From an uncultured Pseudomonadota bacterium (GTDB taxonomy: Bacteria; Pseudomonadota; Gammaproteobacteria; Burkholderiales; JALYOK01), in contig CAWJAF010000003.1 in the NCBI GenBank assembly GCA_963840785.1, positions 585,126 through 649,125 on the forward strand: a DNA stretch of 64,000 nucleotides, given 5' to 3'. The notes under the pieces were generated by a model. The model was given only the letters and a program-made list of their open reading frames with translations, was not told the DNA's origin and ran no database searches. The number at the start of each line of letters is the position of its first letter. Within the stretch, counting starts at the first letter, position 1. A program made the translations under genes and the position numbers. Of the stretch, positions 58,711 to 64,000 are shown piece after piece.

Positions 58711-60789
58711 ATGAACAAGCTTCTCACGGGGATTAATTTGGCTGGCGATTGCTATTGCCGGTGCATCCGCAATCGGTGGCATCGCCCTGCATCGCGGCGA
58801 ATCAATCAACGCCATGTGGTTTGTGGTCGCGGCGGTTTGCACCTATCTTATAGGCTATCGATTTTACAGCGCGTGGATCATGGCGAAAGTGCTGATGCCG
58901 GACGCCACCCGCGCCACGCCTGCCGAGCGCTTTAATAACGGACGCGACTATATTCCTACCAATCGCTGGGTCGTGTTCGGCCATCATTTCGCAGCCATCG
59001 CCGGGCCCGGCCCATTGATTGGCCCAACCCTCGCGGCGCAGTTCGGTTATTTGCCCGGCACACTCTGGATTTTCGTTGGCGCGGTGATCGGTGGCTGCGT
59101 GCAAGATATGGTGATCATGTTCTTGTCGACGCGCCGCAACGGTAAAAGCCTCGGCAAAATGGCGCGCGATGAATTGGGCCCGGTCGGCGGCTTCGCGGCG
59201 CTGATCGGCACGTTGGCGATAATCATCATTCTGATCGCCGTATTGGGTTTGGTCATCGTCAACGCGATGAAGCATAGCCCATGGGCGACATCGACGGTGT
59301 TCGCAACCATTCCCATCGCGATTTTGATCGGCATCTACATGCGCAATATCCGGCCCGGCCGCGTGTTAGAAGCTTCGCTGATCGGTATTGCGTTGTTGAT
59401 ATTTTCCGTCGTTGGCGGCGGCTGGATCGACCATCATCCGGTATTGCGTACCTGGTTCGATTACAACGATTCCGGCATCGCCTGGTTCGTCATTATTTAC
59501 GGTTTCGCCGCGGCGATTTTGCCGGTATGGTTGTTACTCGCGCCGCGCGATTATCTATCGACCTTCATGAAGCTCGGCACGATTTTCCTGCTGGCCGATC
59601 GCGATATTGTTCCTGCAGCCGGAAATAAAAATGCCGGCGATCACGCAATTCATCGATGGCACGGGCCCGGTATTCGCCGGGAAATTATGTTCCCGTTTGT
59701 GTTCATCACCATCGCCTGCGGCGCGATCTCCGGTTTCCATTCGCTGGTGTCCAGCGGCACAACGCCTAAACTGATTTCCAATGAAGCAAGATATCCGCAT
59801 GATCGGTTACGGCTCCATGGCGCTCGAGTCGCTGGTCGGCATCATGGCGATGATCTCCGCTTGCGTGCTCGAGCCCGGCGTGTATTTCGCGATCAATAGC
59901 CCCGCGGGCATTGTCGGCAAAGAAGCGGCCGACGCCGTCGCGCTGATTTCCTCCTGGGGTTTCCCGGTCACCGTGGAACAAATGCAAATACTCGCGAAAG
60001 AAATGGGCGAAAGCACGTTATTCGCGCGTACCGGCGGTGCACCATCGCTCGCGGTCGGCATGGCGACCATTTTCAGCACCGCGTTCGGCCAGGGCATGCT
60101 GGACGTCTGGTATCACTTTGCGATCATGTTCGAGGCGGTGTTTATTTTGACCACGCTCGACGCCGGCACGCGCGTCGCGCGTTTCATGCTGCAAGATTTG
60201 CTCGGCCACATTTACAAGCCGTTAGGCGAAACCTCATCGTGGACTTCGAATCTGTTTGCCAGTGTATTGGTTGTCGGCGGCTTGGGGCTATTTCTTAATC
60301 ATGGGCGTGCTCGATCCGAACGGTGGCGTGTTTATTCTTTGGCCGCTGTTCGGCATCTCGAATCAGATGTTGGCGGGTATCGCATTGACGGTCGCAACGG
60401 GGATTTTGATCAAATCCGGAAAGCTGAAATATGCCTGGGTAACGGGTTTGCCGCTCACCTGGCTGGCGATTTGTACCACCACAGCCGCTTACGAAAAAAT
60501 CTTTAGCGCCAATCCGAAGATCGGATTCTTTGCCGGCGCCAATGACTTGGCGATGAAGCTGGCCAACGGCGTCTTACCGCCGGAAAAAGCCGCCATCGCG
60601 CCGAAATTAATTTTCAATCAGCAGCTCGATGGTTGGATTGCGGCATTCTTCTTGATCGTGCTGTGGATTATTATTGTCGACATGCTGCGCGTTTCGTTCC
60701 GTCACTTGAAGGGCTTGTCGGTACCGCCGACTATCGGAAGCGCCACACGAAAAAACCCGCCTTGCCTATCAATAAACCGTGGACGATAA
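58711..60789 (+). pseudogene. cstA: carbon starvation protein A (peptide/pyruvate transporter family), at least 5 frameshifts as assembled
   Basis: The ATG at 58711 (MNKLLTG...), then INAMWFVVAAVCTYLIGYRFYS...FGHHFAAIAGPGPLIGP in 58814..59899. Further collinear pieces lie in 59781..60506 and 60256..60789. Confidence 0.85.
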
Positions 60790-60960
60790 GCTGAAAAAAC
60801 TTGTGGGACGTAGTGCGATCGCTATCGGGCGACGATAGCTACGAGCGCTACGTCCAACATCAAGAACAAAATCATCCCGAACGACCCCATTTTGGAGCGC
60901 AAGGCGTTCTTTGTAATGAATCTTGAGAATAAATGGGGTGGCATCGCGCGCTGTTGTTGA
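60779..60960 (+). pseudogene. YbdD/YjiX-family small protein (CstA-associated), two frameshifts as assembled; absent from the ORF track
   Basis: Three frames read VDDKLKKLVGRSAIAIG / DDSYERYVQHQEQNHPERP / ILERKAFFVMNLENKWGGIARCC*. This matches the family pattern PDYDNYVEHMRVNHPD...EEFFRERQ..RYGG..RCC. Confidence 0.65.
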
Positions 60961-61065
60961 AAGTTTTCTCTGGTATGCTAGAATTTCAACTAAGTTACAC
61001 AGATTTAGATAAGAAATTACACGCAAATTGGGCAATGTACCCGAATTACACTAGAGAGCATACAA

Positions 61066-62051
61066 ATGCGCGCCGCCACGAGCCCCAGTTCCATCAGCAC
61101 CATGAGCCCGCTTGACCGGGCAATCATTTCCAAATCCCGACTGCTTCGAAATATCAGTTTAGAATCAATCGAATATCTTCTTGACGCCTGCCCGGTGGTG
61201 GACTTTCCGGCCGGTTCGGAACTGCTCGCGCCAGGCAAACCGAATAGCAATATGTATCTCGTTCTTGCTGGCCGCTTGAGCGTGCATTTGGGTGATAAGT
61301 CCTATACGCCCCACGTCGTGTTCGAAGCCGGCGATTGCGCCGGTGAAATGTCGATTCTCGACGCGAAGCCCGTGTCCGCTTACGTGATTTCGCAGGAAAA
61401 TTGCCGGCTCATGGTAATTCGCCAGGAAACCGTTTGGGCATTGATTAATGCATCTCACGGTGTCTCGCGCAATTTGCTTTATATCTTATCCGGGCGCATG
61501 CGCTACGACAACGAAGCACTGGTCAACAGCATTAAGCTGCAGCGCGAATACGAGCATGTCGCCAGTACCGACGGCCTCACCGGCCTGCACAATCGCCGCT
61601 GGCTCAACGATTCGTTCAAACGCCAAATGAATCGCTGCGAACGCAACGGCCAACCCTGCTCCATCATCATGCTCGATATCGATCATTTCAAACAAATGAA
61701 CGATCGCTTCGGTCACTTGGCGGGCGATCGCGTCCTTGTGTACCGTCGCACAGGTGTTACTGAATATGCTGCGCCCGACGGATCTGGTCGCGCGTTACGG
61801 CGGCGAAGAATTTGCGTTGTGTTTGCCGGAAACGCCGCTGAAAGGCGCCTGGGTTATTGCCGATCGGCTGCGCAAAGCCATTGCGAATACCCCAACGCCC
61901 TTTGAAGAAGGTAAGCTGTTGCCCGCGGCGAATGTGTCCCTCGGTATCGCCGGCATGCAAACCTAGCCAGAGCCTGGATTCGCTGTTGTCGGCAGCCGAT
62001 AGCGCGCTCTATCGCGCCAAGGCAAACGGACGCAACTGCATCTCCGAATAG
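61066..62051 (+). pseudogene. cyclic-nucleotide-binding domain plus GGDEF diguanylate cyclase, two frameshifts as assembled
   Basis: The cNMP-binding fold (FPAGSELLAPGKPNSNMYLVLAGRLSV...GEMSILD) and DGLTGLHNRR are in 61066..61905. [12 protein letters not shown] is in 61736..61966. YRAKANGRNC is in 61857..62051. Confidence 0.8.
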
Positions 62052-62151
62052 CATCAATGTCACAGTCTAACGGATCACTTGAGGAAAATCTAAGCGATCC
62101 GGCGTACAATCTCCCTCAAACAAACTGCAATTTTACTAAGGGGGAGTCACA

Positions 62152-63523
62152 GTGAATTCAAATACCGCAACAACCTATCTCGCCCGAATTCGAGAGCGGC
62201 GACGTATAAGAAACTATTCTGGCGCTTAATTCCGTTTTTATTTTTGCTTTACGTGATCGCGTTCTTTGGATCGCGTCAACGTCAGTTTTGCCAAGTTGCA
62301 AATGGGGGCAGACCTCGGGTTCAGCGAATCGGTCTATGCCATGGGTGCGGGCATATTCTTCATCGGCTATTTCATTTTCGAAGTGCCGAGCAATTTGATT
62401 CTAAATCGCGTCGGCGCGAAAATTTGGATCGCGCGCATCATGATTTTGTGGGGCATCATCTCCACCGCCTTCATGTACGTGAAGGAGATTTCCGAGTGTC
62501 TCGGCGTCGAGACCGCAACCGGCTTTAATATTTTGCGTTTCTTGCTCGGCGCCGGCGAAGCGGGATTTTTTCCCGGCATAATTTTGTATTTGACCTATTG
62601 GTTCCCAGCACGAATATCGCGCGCGCATGGTTGCTCTATTCATGACGGCGATCGCGGTCTCCGGCATCATCGGTAGCCCGTTGTCCGGCGCCATCATGCA
62701 ATTCATGAATGGCATGAATGGCTGGGCGGGGTGGCAATGGCTGTTCCTCATCGAAGGCATTCCCGCGGTGTTGTTAGGTTTTGTAGTGCTCTCTTATTTG
62801 GACAACGGCCCAAAAGATGCGAAGTGGCTTACCGCTGAAGAAAAAGCCTTAGTCACCTCGAAGCTCGAAGCAGAAACTAATAGCAAACTCAGCGGCGGCG
62901 GACACCATAATTTCATGGATTCCCTCAAGGATTACAAAGTCTGGATTCTCGCGCTGATTTACTTTTCCGACGTCGTCGGATTTTACGGCGTGACATTTTT
63001 TCTACCGCAACTCGTCAAAGAAATGGGCGTCGTCGGCGAATTCAACAACGGCTTAATCAGTGCGATCCCGTGGATTTTCGCCGCTGTCGCCATGGTGCTA
63101 AACGGACGCCACTCAGATAAAACCATGGAACGTCGCTGGCACATCGCGATTCCCGCACTAATCGCCGCAGCTGGTTTATTCATTACCGGCCTCGCCGGCA
63201 AAGATCACATTATCATTTCCATGATCGCGCTCACCTTGACCTGCGCGGGCTGCTTGGCGTTCGTGTCGTGTTTCTGGTCCTTACCCACGGCGTTTCTAAC
63301 GGGTAGCGCAGCAGCAGGCGGCATCGCGTTAATCAACTCCTTCGGCAACCTAGGCGGCTACTATGGCCCCAAATGGATCGGCGCGATTAAAGATAAATTA
63401 GGCGACCCTGCCAACGCGCTGTTTATCTTAGGTGGATTCTTACTGCTGTGCGCGATATTGACCATCGTATTTTTTAAGCCTGCGCCAGTAGGTTCGATGC
63501 GACCAGCCGCGGAACGTGCCTAA
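62152..63523 (+). pseudogene. MFS transporter (anion:cation symporter-like), at least 3 frameshifts as assembled
   Basis: GTG at 62152 after GGGGGAG. KKLFWRLIPFLFLLYVIAF, LDRVNVSFAKLQM..., and the long C-terminal piece 62627..63523 lie in different frames. Confidence 0.75.
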
Positions 63524-63571
63524 CAGAAGTGATGAATGTGCCCGACTACGCACGCTAATGCAGTTCTTGTA

Positions 63572-63598
63572 GGTGCGCACGGCGCACCGTTTTCTTTC
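63572..63598 (+). terminator. rho-independent terminator after the MFS gene
   Basis: GGTGCGC-acg-GCGCACC followed by GTTTTCTTTC. Confidence 0.7.
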
Positions 63599-63662
63599 GA
63601 TTTACGCGTTCGTGTTGCGCACCCTACGCTTCCTTTTCGGTTAGGCATTAAGAAGGAAGTTC

Positions 63663-64000
63663 ATGCGTTTTACATTTTTAATTACCGTTGTATTCGTTGC
63701 AGGTTGTGCGGCTACCTAAAAACAGCCAATCACAGTTGCGCCTGAAACCTCAAAAGTGATTGTTGCAAGTCAGGCAGATATTCTTCGTGCTGCAAAACAA
63801 GTTCTTGTCGCAGATGGATTCCAAATAACAAATGCCGACGAGTCGGCAGGCGTTATATCTACGGCACCGCGTAATTTTCGCGTAACACCTGAACAGGCTG
63901 ACTGTGGCACAACGATGGGGATTGATTATTTAAAAGACAACAGAACATCATCAAAGCTTGGTTATGGTGTCCTAGCTTCCGATGGCAAGCTCGTCGTAAA
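63663..64000 (+). pseudogene. hypothetical lipoprotein with an in-frame TAA after codon 18; 3' end runs off the window
   Basis: MRFTFLITVVFVAGCAAT-TAA(63717-63719)-KQPITVAPETSKVIVASQADILRAAKQVLVADGF.... The same frame is open before and after the stop. Confidence 0.5.

Noticed and set aside
58452-63719. In-frame stops as selenocysteine or pyrrolysine codons
   Set aside because: The codons are TAG and TAA rather than TGA. There is no SECIS-like hairpin and no pyl genes. Substitution or error is more parsimonious.

Overview
This is a 64-kb chromosomal segment with proteobacterial, probably gammaproteobacterial, gene content; the taxon cannot be fixed by eye. In order, it contains: (1) the paaABCDE phenylacetyl-CoA epoxidase operon. 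(2) A roughly 2.9-kb AT-richer islet at 4.1-7.0 kb with two type II toxin-antitoxin modules (one toxin truncated), a second diverged copy of the paaE 3' end, and a lone gene with a PD-(D/E)xK-like motif. (3) A TLC/Npt-like transporter and several redox enzymes. (4) A NarL-type two-component pair behind a 776-bp non-coding AT-rich tract, then an SDF symporter. (5) A YafY/TfoX_C/VOC trio, folA and a thiolase. (6) An AbiEii-type nucleotidyltransferase with a small downstream partner. (7) The block rnhB-mutL-amiC-tsaE. (8) A 7TMR-DISM two-component pair. (9) A Big2 lipoprotein module flanked by ~100-bp direct repeats and interrupted at a G9 tract. (10) queG, then a glycogen cluster of two GH57 genes, glgC and glgB. 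(11) c-di-GMP enzymes and two tandem osmoprotectant-type ABC operons. (12) A Co-type nitrile hydratase with a divergent amidase. (13) rhlE, cstA with a ybdD-like small gene, and an MFS transporter. I saw no rRNA, tRNA, CRISPR array, transposase or integrase. The most striking global property is that reading-frame disruptions are numerous and strongly clustered: paaCDE, queG plus the glycogen genes, and the 53-64 kb block are affected, while about 33 kb of other genes are intact. The best candidates for something undescribed are the islet downstream of paaE, especially the lone nuclease-like gene at 5973-6710, and the AbiEii pair. All family calls rest on motif recognition by eye, not on searches.
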